A DNA stretch of 56,759 nt from Trichinella spiralis (GCF_000181795.1 NW_003526945.1:4159193-4215951), one strand, 5' to 3'. Shown: positions 24,444 to 47,084, counted from the stretch's first letter. The notes: generated from the letters alone by a model not told the origin. Numbers and translations: made by a program.

Positions 24444-26267
24444 AAAGTTTATTCTATCGATTAGTCGTCAGATCTTCTTGCGGTAAGGGCTTCCTTTGTG
24501 CCATGGCTGGAATAAATGACGTTTAACATTTCCTTTCGAAATGTATTGAGCACTTGTGCACCAGTTGCACATCAATAAATAGCTGTCACTTAATGAAATA
24601 AAGAACATTTTCTTGGTTTTGTATGTACGCAAGTACACATTTATGTTTGAAATAAATTTTGATATAATTTTTTGTCTGCTCCAGTATTTCTTTCTTTTAT
24701 TCCGAAATAAAAAGACATACTGTAACTTTATGATTCACACCTACATTATTTTATACAGTATGGAATAGGCAATAACTTCCCAGGGCACTTTTGATTAATG
24801 ACTGGCCACATTTTAAAGTTTATTTAGCAGTGTATCATGTGGTCACGAAAAGAATATTATTAACAATGATGCCTATTATATTATGTAAGGTATTTTTGAT
24901 TTAAATGCAATATACTAGTTTAGGTTGGGTATTGAATTGGTGTATAATTTTTAATTACTCAGTGTATAAACAAAATAAGTGCTTTAGTATAAATTTTGTC
25001 AAACTGAAAATCAGAATAGATGAGAAGTCCGCAATGAAAATTTGTATAACAGTCGCAGCATATGTCGAATTCAAGATGAATGAAATGTGAGGGTGAAATT
25101 GATTGTCTGGTATTTTTTCTCGACAATTAGCATGCTGTTTTTTATAATGAGTTTTACACATGTATTCAGCAGTCATGTAGTATAACATCGTTTGGGATGC
25201 ATTACGCGAAAAAATCGTCAACATTTTTATCATGCTTAAAATAATTAAATTCAATGTTTTTATTTTGCCTACTAAGCATGAAATGAATGTTATTGATTTT
25301 GAATTGTCTGGAATTGGGCAGTTCAATTGGAAAAGAATTGCTGAGCTGCAAATCGTGAAGTGATATTTTTTTACTTATGCGAAAAAAATGTTCGCTTAAA
25401 TTGTTCATTGATTGAATTCTGTTATTTTTTGGATTGTTTAGTTGAATAATGAAGAAGAAATTCATTGGCATGATGAATGTATTTTTTCTAATTGGTGCTA
25501 TTTTTTGTTGTAATTTTGAGATGAATTTATTTGTTGTTTGTGTCTTTAATTTATGATAATTGTAGGTAATTTGTTCTTCGCTGGATGAGTTTGTTATTGA
25601 TGTTTGTGTTCAGGTTTTGCCATTTATAACAAGTTGCTTATAACTCTTTAGCTCGCGTTTTACGAGAATTGGGGTAGAAATATTTTGCATAGCTTCTTTC
25701 ATGGGAAAGATGGCTTTGTTTCACGCACACGGGCGTTCATTCATAAATGCTTGCTTTCATAGCAGTTGTATGCCATTGGATAATTTATTAATGGTGTGGT
25801 GCTGTTTTGCAGATGACGTTGTTCGGACGTCACATTTAACTTTCCTCACAACAGGTTTGTCATTTTTTTGCCCGGTCGGTAATTCTACATGGTCCAATAT
25901 GTTTTCTTTCTGCTTTGCATTATCGATGTTGTCTTTTATTTTTCTTTCAAACATTACTTTTATTTTCAATTTGAAAATTCAATTGATTAACTTTACAGCT
26001 GAAGTGAATGATTTGATTAGAAATTCGAGTCGACCAATGGCGAAGCTACAATTTGGGTATATTTACTGTCATTGTTGAGATGAGTTTTTATTTGCGAAAA
26101 AGCTATTCACTTGATTGTTGTTTGGAAAATTGTTTTTTTTCAATTCAGAAGTGTTTAAAAATTAGAATATTTGAAGAAATTGAGAATAAAATTGGAAAAA
26201 AAAATTCGAATATCCATCCACTGGCTGTTATGCGTATGTTGTGCTTAGGATGAGAATTTAGTTGGAG

Positions 26268-28971
<2,704 letters not shown>

Positions 28972-30286
28972 GGTAAAATACCCGAATGAAATATGCAATT
29001 TAGCATTTCACTTGAAATTTATTGTAAAAAAAAGGAAATAAGAAAGTGTCTTTCTTTTTTTTTATTAAATCAGTTGCTGAAAAGACAATCTATTTCAAAG
29101 ATGGAATTGATTGGATTTGTTGAATGTGATGAAGCGCAACACTTGAAGATTGTATATTATGTTTCGAAAAGAAATTTCTCGTTGTCGTTGTTTTATTTCA
29201 CTTGAAATTGTTACATCTTATTACTTATTATTATTATTATTATTATTATTATTAGATTTGCCTTTTGTATTGTACAACGGGTGATTTTATTTTCTTCCAA
29301 TATTAGCTTGCATCTTTGTTCATTTATAATGTAATAATATCTACTACATCTCATATGTGCATACATGTTTATTGTGCGTGTGTGTGTATATATATATATA
29401 TACGCTTGTTTAATGTGCAAAAAGCTTTTGCAACTTCATTTTCCATAATTGACTTATTGGAAAAAGAAATCAGGGAATCAGTTAGTTTTATTCACTGTTG
29501 ATACAGTATAATTTGTTAGCTGTTATTGGAAAAAATTCTTTCCTCTTCCACAATGAATTTACCTGCTATATAGTATATATATGTATATTGCCAGCTTTTC
29601 GTTTGTTAATTTTTCTCGATTCAAATTTGGTCGTGGTCTCTTGTTTTAACATACATTTTTACCCTTTTCTGATACAGTTTTACATTTTTTGAAAAACACT
29701 TTTGCTGCTGATGAATAAATAAAAATGTACTTATTATCTTGGAGGAAAAGGTAAATTTTTTTCCAATTAATTTTTGTATTTGCAAATTTACCTAATCCAT
29801 GCGTTGTTTGTTGAACTGCAAGAGCAGTTATAACTATGCTGTTGTTGTTGTTGCTTTTTTAAATATTTTATATTATAGAGTAATTCACTTTCAACCGCTG
29901 CTGTTTGTATTGCAGAGTAAGTTTTGAATACGATTGTGATGATTTTGTATTGCATTGGATAATTCAGCAAATTTGAGAAAAAAAGAAATTCTTTTTGCGT
30001 TTCACAGAATTTTCCAAGTGGGGATTTTGTATTTTTTATCTTGAAAATAGCCCCACCCCTCTTACATCTTGCAATAATTTCGTCTACAATGCCCGCATTC
30101 GTTGAGAATGTTAGAGTTTAGAGCCGAGCAAACTGAAATAATTTCTTCTTCTTCTTCTTCTAGTTGTATATTCAATTTATGCCTTGTAATTTTGCATCTG
30201 ACCAAGCAACAGAGGCATTGAATTAATTTTTGTAAATTTCGTTTTTTAATAAATTATTTTCAGCTCGGACGAAGTTGAAGAGTTGA

Positions 30287-34704
<4,418 letters not shown>

Positions 34705-37011
34705 AATTTTCTGCTATACCTACTGCTTGCTCTGTTTACAAGTGCAATAAAATAACCGAAGAATACAGAGAGATAGAGAGGGTAATTGGTGATATAGTTT
34801 TTTCTTTTTATTCTTCTATAATTTGATTTAAAAAAATAATAATGTATTTTTTTTTGAAAAATACAGTTATTGAATAGAAGCAACTGTATTGAACAGTGAT
34901 TAGCAGTAGCAGCAGCAGTAGTTGAGTTGAAATGAGAGAGAGGAGGAGGGAATAATGGGAGAATGTGAAAAATCAATGATAAATTCAAATTTTCAGAAAG
35001 GTTTCTATTTTGAAATTGGCGAAGCTTCATTTTGTTGTTCAAAGGAAATGAAGAAGCTGCACTTTTGCAATAATAATCAGAAAAAAAAGAAGAAGTAGAC
35101 GATGAAGAAGAAGAAATTTACGAAACCTTATTATTCAAACGAAAATAGCCGTGTTAACGTCAATAAAAGATTTGAATTAACAACGAATTGAAAAATTTCT
35201 CTTTTCATCTTTCGTAGAATAAATAATAAATAATAATAATAAGTAATGGATTTTTTTCATCTAACTATTATCTTGATATGGTCTCTTTGAAGCTCGACGT
35301 GTGAAAGTGCAATGCTAATACGGCATGTACAAAGCAGCTGTTGAGTTTGCTTTTTTTTTGTTACACAAAAGACAAAAAAAGTATATATATATATATGTAA
35401 TGTACATGAAGCAAAAAGCAGCACATTGTGTAGTGAAAAATTTGCTGCAGCTCGCTTGTTTCTTCTTTCAACAGGCATGATTAATTTATTGTTCAATTAA
35501 AAATTTTATTATCTTTTTCAGACTATTTCTTTTTGTTAATCGATAACATTTAAGCGACGATTTAGTGACAATTTTCATCATTGCGTTATCAACAAGCAGC
35601 CGAGGAAAGAGAGAGAAAGCAGTTGACGGAAGCAATCGAGCCAGTTACAACAAACAGGCTTGTGGAGGAATAACTTGTGCAACGGTCCGTTGTTAGTTTT
35701 ATATATATGTTATAACATATATATTATATATATATATATAATATATAGCAATCTTCGTTTGCCTCTTGGAAAACAGGAATTTTTGCTCTTCTTCTTCTCG
35801 TGGTGAATATAACAACAGCAGTGCAGCATTGTCAACTGGAATATGCGCAACCAAGCAACAATGTTCAATGGTGGTGAAAGTCGAAATCCAGGTTTGAGTT
35901 GTTGAATTTTATTTTCATTATAATCAACTTTTAAAAATTCTTTTTATTTTTTATAAATATAATCCACAACAATTGCACAAAAGATGCATTGCGCTTTTAA
36001 TCTTGTAATATCAGTGAGAGCAGAATTAATTATTATTGTAAATGGACAAAATGATCAGTTGTTGTTGTTGTTGTTGAAAATATTTATTTTTTCAGTGAAG
36101 CTAAAAGCAAATATTGTTTCAAAACAAGCGAAATAAAGTCATCTTAAAAACGAAGCTAACTAGTTAGCAATTATAATAAAAACTGCAATATAAAGTGAAT
36201 TGAAACAAAACAAAACAATAACGAACTTAAAAAAAAACTGAATATAAGAACACGCATATAATATCCAGCTCGAAAAGCATTTGTCGTCTGCATAAGTTGG
36301 GCAACTTTTTTTTTACAAATTATCCCAGATATCTTGGTTGAATTGTTTCTGTTGTTGTTTTTTGGAAGCTATTCCAGATGCCGCTGTTGGGCAAAAATTG
36401 TTCTGCACCATTTTGCCGTTGGCCATCTGCCACGGCGGGTGCGGGGCCTGCTTTTTCTTCCACTACATTCTGTCCGAAGTGAAAAGCGCATTTTTTGTTC
36501 AACAGGCGGAGCTGTTGCCGTCGGCTATAAATCATTGGTCGGTTGGGCGGCTTCTTCAGCCGGCAGTTGCTTTGCGGCGCGCATCCTTGAAACGGGCCAC
36601 ACCACCACTTTGGGCTCTTTGGTTCGACAAGTGTCTTGTTTGTTGATTCGAAAATTCTCTTACCGACAAAAGCAAAAAAAACGAAGTACCGGAAAAAAGG
36701 ATACTTTTTTTTTGAAAGTTCGTCCTGCTTTTTGTTCTGTTTTCCCATTTGTAAGCTGTTAATTTTATTATTGTAATGATCCAGTTGTTGTTTTTCATAA
36801 GTCATTGTTCATTTTATATTTTACTCCTGAATCTTGACGATCATTTAAAAATAACACATTCATTTTTCTTTCTTTTTGCACTATTGCAATGCAATTTACT
36901 ATTTCTTTCTTTTATTTTCTAAATTTTATTTATCTGTCAATTCATATATTTATTATTTATTGGTGGTGATTGCCGTGGAATATTTAGTTCTGCTTCAAAT
37001 CTTCACATACA

Positions 37012-37013
<2 letters not shown>

Positions 37014-37062
<49 letters not shown>
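37014..37062. repeat. (AT)n microsatellite
   Basis: Directly visible. Confidence 0.95.
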
Positions 37063-37064
<2 letters not shown>

Positions 37065-39516
37065 TCATATGATTAGAATTAATTCACTTACGTTTATAAT
37101 TAGATCTAGTTGATTGACTTTGGAGGTAAGCATATATATTATCAAAGTCTTTGAAATGATCAGTCAGTGTAAAAATATAAATTGAAAACTAATTGCTTTT
37201 CTCAAATATATATATATATATTCACTGCTGATTGTATCCAATTGATCAGCTGATAATGACGGACGGCATGAACGGTATATTTGGTGTATTGCTGTTGTTG
37301 TTCCGCGAAAGTTATCACCCAAAGCGTGTTTGGCAGACAAGCATTTCGGAATGGAACCAGTTTCTATGATCATCAGTCGTGTCAGTTTGGATGATCGACG
37401 CGGCCAAGGGCAGAATCCACAACGAGAAGTTGACCAGGAACCGAGCAGGCGGCGTCCAGCAGCTGTCACCAAATGTCACTGTGGAATCTCTTTCAATTGG
37501 AGGAGCCTTTTGTTGAGAAGCACGCCGAGGTCGCGTTTGAGAAATACGCTTTCTTGCCTATTTCAACACCGCGAAATAGGCCAGCTCATTTACAAGACAA
37601 CCGACTTACAGTACGGTTGATCGAGGTTGACAAAAGGCGCAACAGGCGCCGTCAAGCTCTGAGCTTTAATCCCCCGGTCGATTGTTCCCGCACAGCTCGT
37701 AATAACGGTTCAGTTTCGAGGGGGGGGGGAGGCTGTAAAAAGAAATTAGGCTAACAGGTGGTGCAGGACAACGTTCAACTTGTTGGTCTCATTTCTTTTC
37801 CAATTCTTTCGTCTGCTTAACAGAAAGCTGCTTGTTGTGAATTCTGCTTTTACATCTGAAGTTCCCCCCCCCCCACACACACAGAGTAGTTATTCCGATG
37901 ATTGTACCTCTTCTACAGCTCTGTTACTCAGACTATTCATCTGCAGATGATGCATTTTTCAGACACGTCTGAAAAACATGCTGCTCATCAGACTGATCAA
38001 GAAAAAAAAGTGAAATTCATTTCTTCCCTTTTTTTCCTTTTCTCTTTTTTTTCAAAAACACATTCGATCATTCCTCACTTCCTACTGCCGATTGTCTTTT
38101 CGACGTGCTTTTTTCTTTCTCTTCAACTTTTCCCACGTTTGTCGACAATTGATTTCACTTTCAGTCGACAGAAAAAGTAGAACCGTTGAACCGAACAACA
38201 AAACACCTGCGCTCCGTTCAAAAGACTCCCCGTCACCATTTTTCAATTACCAATTCAATCAATTCAACATCATCTCGATCGGTGTACCGTATTCTGATCG
38301 GTAGGTTCGTTACGGTAATGCGGCGATTTTTTTGCTCGAACGCTCCTCATTGTCACCTACGTTTGAAACTGTACGTGAATTGGCGACACGGCGTTCTTTT
38401 GAATGATTGTCAAAATTTTTGCAAATACTTTCGACGTGGTGTTTGCCATTTGTTGTAGGTGAATTTTAGAATTTATATAAAAATTTCTCTCTTTCTCTCT
38501 CTTGTCGTCACAGTAGCGACGATTATGTGAGTTGAAAAGCAGGGCACGACATAGTTGTGGTTGATGATGTTTTTTCTGGTTTTGTTTTTCTGAAAACGTC
38601 CTTTTGAGCATGCGTTGATCAGAATAAAGCAAAAAAAAGTAAAACTTTCTATTGTTATTATCGGATTTCAAATTTGAATAGTTCATTCGAATTTTTCAAC
38701 TCGTACTTACCACGCGTTCAGTTGTCCATGTTTGAATGTTTGCAAAAAGTTAAAGAGAAAGAATTTGAATTTTCAATTCGACCAACTGGCGTGCAGCTGC
38801 TCGAGCAATTTCTCGAACGTGCAAATCATTAATCATACTGTACAACGTCCGTGCAGTTTCTTTGTTAGACTGTTTGTTTAGTGAATAGAAAAGCCACCGG
38901 AGCGGTTAGGCGAACTTCATGCACAATTTCACTGCATGACTGCGTTGATTGTATTCTCCGCCAATTTCAAGATGATGGCAATGTCGTTTGAATCTATTTG
39001 CCACATGTTTTTTCAATTTATTTACATTTTTTATTTAATTTCTTCAACAGTTCAGCAGAACTGTGCTCAGGCTTTTGTTTATTCGATTTTATTTGCTCTT
39101 TTCTGTTTTATTATTCTTTTTTTACCTTTGATTCTGCTGGCTGTATTTGAATTCGGCCACCATGCGTGCATACAGATCTACCCAGGGTCGTGGTGTCCGA
39201 ATTTTGCTCTTGGCCGGTTGGTAAAAATAATGCAAAATTTTTTGTAGTTGCTATCTTTTTGCCAGTTTGCAACGCGGAACTGGACACGCGTATTTTTCTT
39301 GACGTGCTTTATTTCTCTGCTCTTTTCAAAAGCTTGTTCATCAACTCTGCACCTAATGAACGAATGAATGAATGAGTCACATATAATTATGATTATTATT
39401 ATTATTATTATTAGTAGTAGTAGTAATATTTTGATTTTTTATTTCATTTTTATCTTTTAAGGGAAATTTATTTCTTCTTCTTTCTGATAAGCTGCCGATT
39501 TGGAGTGCAATGATTG

Positions 39517-40309
39517 ATGGCGAGCGTCGACTATTCTTTGTTGCCGCGTGAGGCCAGGGAACAGCTTGCCCAATTGGATTTGGAATTATCCGAAGGTTGC
39601 TACTTATTTATTTATTATTATTTATTACTCTTATTGGCATATTCGATTTTTTGTGGTCACTTTTTATTGCTTGCATTCGATGATCAATTGATCCGTTTGT
39701 AAAATTTTGCAGGCGATCTGACTCGCAAAGGATATGAAAAAAAGAAGAACAATTTACTCTCCCAATTCGACTTATCTGCAACACCTGGTTTGCATTTATT
39801 TATTATTTTTTCGTTTTATTTTTTTAGTTTGAAATTTCTGCTTTATTTTTTATTATTAGTAGTGTTTATGCTAATGTTGGAATATTTTCCCCATTATTTC
39901 CATTCTATTGATTGCAGCAGGAAACTTTATGCGAAAAAAGCAACTTTTATCTTTGATTAATACATTTTCTTATTATTTATTTATTTATTGTAATATAATA
40001 TAAATTTGTGATTGATAATTGCATTATTTGATAATTATTTTTGGTTGAACAGTGGTGTTTGGCTTTTTAATTATGCTGCCATTTGGCGCAGTCTTCATAC
40101 GGCTGTCTGCTTTTCTCGGCAGAGGATTCTTTGATTTTTCGCTCAGCTGTGTTTGGCTTGTCGAACGAAGATGCAGGCCGTTGTGTGTGTGTGTGTGTCT
40201 CTGCATCGACTTTAGGTTGCAGATTTTGTTCGACTGCCATGCCAATAGCCGCTTAGTTTTAGCTGTGGATTGTTAGCAATTTGCATTCTCAAGAATTTGT
40301 TGAGATGAA

Positions 40310-40341
<32 letters not shown>

Positions 40342-43300
40342 TACGTAGACATACATAATATATACATGTATATGTTTGTTTTAGAGTTTGTTTTATGTTT
40401 CATCCTTATTTAGGTAAAGCAAGTCCAACAACGCGAGCACAAAGGCGAAGGCATCGTCGAGTAACTCGAGACGAAAGTCGTTTTCATTCAGGTATTTAAG
40501 AAAATTCAATTTTCTTATAATAAATATATTTTTCAGTAATAATTTGAAAAACAAAAAAGAAACGGGAAATGAGTTTTTGTTATTATAATTATTATTTAAT
40601 AAATTAATCCTTCCCTCTGCTACCTTTTTCTCTCTCTGTTCAAGCGTGTTCTTGTGTGATCTGTGCTTTCTGCCTCATTGGATAATGTGTGCTGCTCAGT
40701 GCTTTCTTCACTGCTGCAGTGTCAATTTTCATATTTGAGCTGAAAATCTTCTGTTGACCGTACTGCTTAAGCTCAATTTGTGTGCAATGTTCAGTTGACC
40801 GGCTTTCAGGGACGTGACCTATTTTGTATTCCCCCCCCCTGACAACAACTTTCACATGAAAAGTGCATTTGGAATACGGTCCTTAAACGGTAGTTGACAT
40901 CACCAACCGCCGGCACCAATTGGCAGTATTGGACGCGCCGAGGCCGGAAGCTGAGTCATTGGAATAATGGCCAGTACAGACAGGTTGACTGGAAATGCAA
41001 AGGCCGCGTAATTAAGTTGTCGTTAAGAGTTAGCTGTACAATTATACGAACTGCAGTGTGTGGTAATAATTATCATTTCGACGATGGTCATTGAAAAACG
41101 CATCGCACAATTTGCCTTTGTCAAAAATACGCTCTCCACATTTGATTCGATTAATCCAATTTTTGTGCCCAACAATCTGCTGCACCGCATTGATCTGCAG
41201 TTGTTTTTCACTTGTTCAATTATTTTTTTTTCAGCAAATATATATTTCACAACCAACCCAGACAAACTGCCACTTAGGTCAACGGATATATCTATTTCTG
41301 TTTTCTTTTTGTAAATAATCTTAATCGATACAGTATCATTTTTATCCGGTGCAATCAATACATAATATAATAATAATTATTATTTCAACAAGTTGAACAA
41401 GCATGAAATTTGTATGCTTATTGCTTGTTCTGTTGTTGAAACGTATCACCAGTAGTAGCTATCACCACCGTGTGTGTGCCGAGGAAAAATTGGTTGAAGA
41501 CAAATTAGAATTTTTCTTTAATTCAAGCATCATCGTCTGTTGTTGTTTTTTTGTTTTTTGAAATTATTTTGTGAAAAATGATTGTCGACTATAGATGCAG
41601 CAGCTGTTGGAACACAACTTTTCAACAGCGAGGAATGGATGATCAGAATTGTTCGGATTGGGAGGAGGGGAGGGGTAAAAAAGAAACGCAAATTTTGACG
41701 CAGTGAATTTTTGAAATATTTTTATTTTTTTACTTTTCACCATCATCATTTGTTCATTGTTTCGAAAATTTCGGACAAGGGACAATTTTTATTTCATTCG
41801 AAAGTGTGTTATTAATCGAATTTCAGCCTAAGTGGTACGGGAGGGGGAGGGGGAGGAGGACATTAGGGCAGCAGGGAGAGGGGGAGGGGAGGGGGATAAT
41901 TTTCTCTTTTTTGTGAATTTCCATTATTGCCAGAGCAACGGCAAGTTGGTTGATTGTTGGTAAATTTTCGTCTCAGAGTTTGATATTAATCAATTTCTTT
42001 CTTTCTATTGATGCAAATTGCCAGCGAGCTAGCGAAAGCGTGGTTGGGTAATTTTTCCACAATCATTTATTCCAGTTCTATCCTCTCAGGAGAGGGATGC
42101 GGAAGAGTTACGTGCATTATTTATTAATGGGCTCGATTGTTCAATAAGCAAAATAAAAATTGTTGTTCGAAGATAAATTTTCATAATTTTATAATGAATA
42201 AATAAATGGACTATATGCGCATGTAGTGGAGAGCAGCAGATGGGAAGGAAGCGACTGGTATTTTGTAATTTTCTTTTATTCTGCGTTCAAATTTGACTCG
42301 AAACCACCATTATTTGCCAGTTTATTGCAAGATGATTTGTTCATCTTTGGGATTGTAGAAATGTGATTGAGAAAGGAAACTGTGAAAAGAACAAATTTTC
42401 CATTTCACACCTGATTTTTTTTTAAAAATTATATTCTCCCTCTCGCTCTCTTATTGTGGCCTGCTTGAAATTATTCTTAACGCTTTTATATAACAACAAA
42501 GCTGTTTTCTGCGCTATTTTGTGCTGTTGCTGTTGTGTCGACTGAATGAATGAATGAATGAATGGAACTGGTTGAATAATTTTTGATTTCATCTCGTACT
42601 TGTTGTTGCTGTTGTTGTTACTGTTGCTGCATTCGGTGTCCTGAATTGATTGCTTTCAGAAATCAGAATCGAAGCGGTACAGCAGGCTTTGGCTCGGTAT
42701 GCGCAACGAGAACAGAAAGGACCGTCGGTGCCGGTGCCGGTCAAGCGCGTTTCGCAAGCCCAACGAAATTTACTGACCAAAAATACCCCTTTGTCCGGTA
42801 AGTTTTTTTTTGTCCAATTTGTTGCGATATGTATCTCTTTTTCTATTGCTTTTCAAACTTTCCCACATGAATCATTCTCAGTCAGGTTAGGTTTGAAATG
42901 ATTTTGAAACATTGCCTCTATTTTGTTCCATGCATACTTGTTGCTTTTTTTCCATTCTCTCTTACTTTCTATTGATGTTGTTAGCAACAACAATGGGTAT
43001 ATATATATATATATATATTTATTTATTTGTTTTCCCCATCCTGAACATCAACGCCAACGTTTCCCAAAGCGAAGATGATGTCTGCCATTTTGGGTAACTG
43101 TTGAAAAGAAGAAATGGAAAAAAATAGACGAGTCAATGGAAGTTGTGTTTCATTTGTTGGCTATTATTTTTCGAAAATTGCTTTAACAGCTTGGGTGTGT
43201 ATGTGTGTATTCAAATCATCTTTCAAAATGGCAAGAAGCTTTTTGCTGCTACAACAATTCAAACCGGCTTGTTTTTTTCTTTTGCAAATTTTTCTCCTAT

Positions 43301-44651
43301 TTATTCTTTTCTGCAGTTGCTTGTTATGCTACAATTCTTATTATTATTATTGCTTTTATTGTAGTTGTTGTTGTTGTCGATTTTATTTTTTGCTTAATTG
43401 TTAATTTTTACTTTATTTTTCACATATATTTATTGCTTTTGCGAAAGCGTTTATTTTTCATTTTTAAAATGGAAGGGAACATACGAGAAGCATGGTTGCG
43501 GGAGAATTTGTTTTGCGACTGACTGATTTGCAAAATTGGCAGTTTTGCATTTCGGTCTGAGCAGAAAATATTCTCTTAATGCCAACGTTTGACAATCAAA
43601 TCGACACTGTTCCATGCTGATCCATCTCTCCTGTATTATCCGTGCCGTTCCGGATGTACGCACTACGCACGCCTGCATATATGAAGAAATTGTTGTAAAT
43701 TCTGTCGATATAATAGCGTGAAATTGCATTTTGGGTGTGGCCGGGGCGAGATGAAATTGTTCTGACGTCAGCAATATTTTTGGACCAGTTAACCAATTGA
43801 ACGAAGATTCATTCCATTTTGCACATTCTGTTGTTGTTCATTTATCTTCTTTCTCTTCCATCTGAGAGAGATATTGTGATTCTTATCAGTAATTTTGAGC
43901 GTGTTGTTTGTTGCATTGTGAAAAATGTTCAAAATTACCAGCGTGCTGTGTTGTTTGTCAAAATACAGTAATCTTCTGTTGCTGAACTCTCGGAAATTTC
44001 AGATTCGAGTTCAGAAGATGATAGTTTGGTCAGCAGCGGTGGTGATAGTGTGAATCTCAAAGCCACGCCAAATTCCATATTCCACGTCCCCGCTTTCGGA
44101 CCGACTGCTGGTGACAAAGTAACGTCGTCGCTGTTGAACGATTTTGCGAAAGGTTTTGCACTTATTTATTTATTTATTTTTTGTTTCACTGCTAAATTGA
44201 TTGATATTTTTATGGTTAAACAAATAACCTAAATATAGCTGTGTAAGCGCAACATATCTGATAATTTTTCAGGATTAGCATTTTCGAGTGAAAATGGTTC
44301 TTCTCGTCCACCTCCACCAGACGTGACCACAGACGCTCAAGCGGCTCTGTTGGTCAAGAACAATGCTGATAGGCAAGAGGACCATCAGCCGTCGTCGGTC
44401 CGAGTTGCCAACGCTGCCAACAAGAATCGTCTTTCCACTGTCTCAATTTTGGACAAAACTGATGGTCAGGCTGACTATCAAAATGCTGGTATAATTCTTT
44501 TGGTTTTCTAAGTTTTAATTAATTATTAAAAAATTTTTTCATTTATAGATCTTGGCATAAAGTCGTCGAAAGTTTCTCAAAAAATTCAGCTTCTTTTGAG
44601 CACATTACAGGTAACAATCCCTGTTAATAATATACATACATACATACATAC

Positions 44652-44701
<50 letters not shown>

Positions 44702-44928
44702 TGTGTGTGTGTGTATACGAATTATTTGATTTTCTGTTTTGTTTTTGAAATAATATTATCATTAATCAATTAAGAAACCAAAGAAAAAGCCACTGCACGA
44801 ATATTACAACGACGATGATGTGGAATTGGAAGGTAAAATTGTATTTCTTTCGTTTTTTGAAAAGATCAATAGTATTAGCAGTTGATTCGTAGTTGTGGCA
44901 GTAGTACTTGCTATACTAGTCTAGTCTG

Positions 44929-44963
<35 letters not shown>

Positions 44964-47084
44964 GCTAGCAGCTGCAGCAGCAGTATTGTTGGTTTTTGAT
45001 TTTGGCAATAATTTATTATAATTTATTTAGCCATGGCAAAAATGATTGATCCGTCAGCTCCGAAGCCAGAAGGAGCAATTATTTATCCCGCAACGGGCGA
45101 GTCGGTTCGTGTGGCGCCGACATTTCCGCGGTCGTTGACGTCTGCTTTGCAACGTTATGGAGTATCGAATGCGAAATCACTGGTCGGCACGGTTCTTGAC
45201 CACGCTGGACGTGCTGCCGGCACGCTCACTTATGGTCGGTGCAACTGCTGTTCTTTTTTTTATTTATTTATACTTTTTTTCACAAATTTTAATTAATATT
45301 AATATTTTCCATATCTTCTCAGGCAAACTACTCAGTCGTTCTACGAAGCTTGCTTATTTGTTGTCGAACAAAATGATCAACAAAGTGGAACCACTTCTAA
45401 AACCCGGAGACCGAGTATGAATACACCGTTTTACTTTTTATTGTTTCTTGTCTCTGATCAACATTTTCACAGGTAGCATTGGTTTATCCGAACAACGATC
45501 CGTTAGGATTCATGGTCGCTTTTTACGGTTGTCTGCTTGCTCGCATTATTCCTGTTTTAATCGAAGTTCCCATATCGAAACGGGTATGCGATGATGTATT
45601 TCTTTTCTACCCGATCAGAAGTAGCCTGTTTGCGTTGTATTTTGCATGCCAATTCCATTCCAGGATGGTGGTATTCAGCAGGTTGGTTTTTTGCTCGGCA
45701 GTTGCAGTGTTCAAGTTGCGCTGACTTCGGAAAGTTGTTACAAAGGTTTGCCCAAAAGTCCCAACGGTGACGTGATCGATTTCAAGGGTAAATTATGCGG
45801 CAAACTAAGAGGAATTATTTTTCATTTTCGTTTATTCTATAAAGTATTTCATACAATTATTACAAAATCAACAAGTGGAAACTTTTAGCCTGGCCTAAGC
45901 TGACCTGGTTGATCACTGATCATTTGTCTAAAGCGCCCAAGGATTGGTTTCCAACGTTGATGTGCGATGATGAACGAATTGCTTACATTGAGGTTTGTTT
46001 TCTTTCAAAAATAATCGCCATATTATGTTAACCATTTTGCAGAAGATCATTTTCTTTAATATATCATTTTTTATAGTATACAACTGATAAAGAAGGAAGT
46101 GTCAAAGGCGTTAGCGTTTCATTTGCCAGTCTTACTGCTCATTCAAAAGCTCTGACAGCAGCTTGCCAATACAAAGAGGGTAAGTACACTGAATATCTGT
46201 CTGCTTTAATTTTTCTAATCACAAAATAACATTCAGGAGAAACGATGGTTTGCGTTTTGGACTTCAAAAGGGAAGTTGGATTGTGGCACGCGATTCAGAC
46301 TGTAAGCGGCTGAAGATTGAATTGTTTTGCTTTTTGAAACGAAGGAGATAAATGTTTTTATTTTCTTGCAGAGCGTTTTCAATGCAATGCACGTAATATT
46401 TGTACCGTATTCGTTGATGAAAGTGAATCCGGCTGTCTGGTTGCAAATGATTACCAAATGCAAAGGTGTGTGATCAATTATTCAATAAGCTATAAAAATG
46501 ATGTTTTGTTGTTGTTGTTGTTGTTGTGATGGTGGTTTGTGAGTGAAATTCAAAGTTTCAGCTTCTATTGCTTTGGCTAAATCACGCGATCTTCATTGGG
46601 GACTGCTGGCTGCTCGTGATTGCAAAGACGTCAATTTGAGCTCGTTGCGCATCCTGCTAGTTGCCGACGGTTCCAATCCGTGTATGATTTCAATTTGCAT
46701 ATCTTGGTTGTGGACTTTTTTGTTTGATTGTTTGCTTTTCTTTTTGCAATTTCAGGGTCGTTGACCTCTTGCGATCAGTTTGTGAACGTTTTCAAAAGTC
46801 GTGGTCTGCAGAACAACGTGCTTTGTCCGTGCGCATCTTCGTCTGAAACGTTAACAGTGGCCATAAGACGGTATGCTTGTGCTTCTCTTCTCCTTTCTGA
46901 AGAATCATTGAATTTGTTGCATGTTTCTTATTTCAATTTCTTTTCAGCGGTGGTCAGACGAACAGCAACTCCATTCGCGGCACGTTGTCCATGTCGGCAC
47001 TTAGTTTTGGCGTGGTTCGAGTCGACCAAGACAGCAGCCTCACGTCGTTGACCTTGCAAGACAGCGGTCAGGTTCTTCCAGGGG

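Noticed and set aside
25600..26080. ORFs upstream of SNRK on both strands
   Set aside because: Short, no motifs and no consistent splice chain.
36614..36640. TCTTTGGTT as a second mir-9 copy
   Set aside because: Only 9 nt match and there is no complementary arm.
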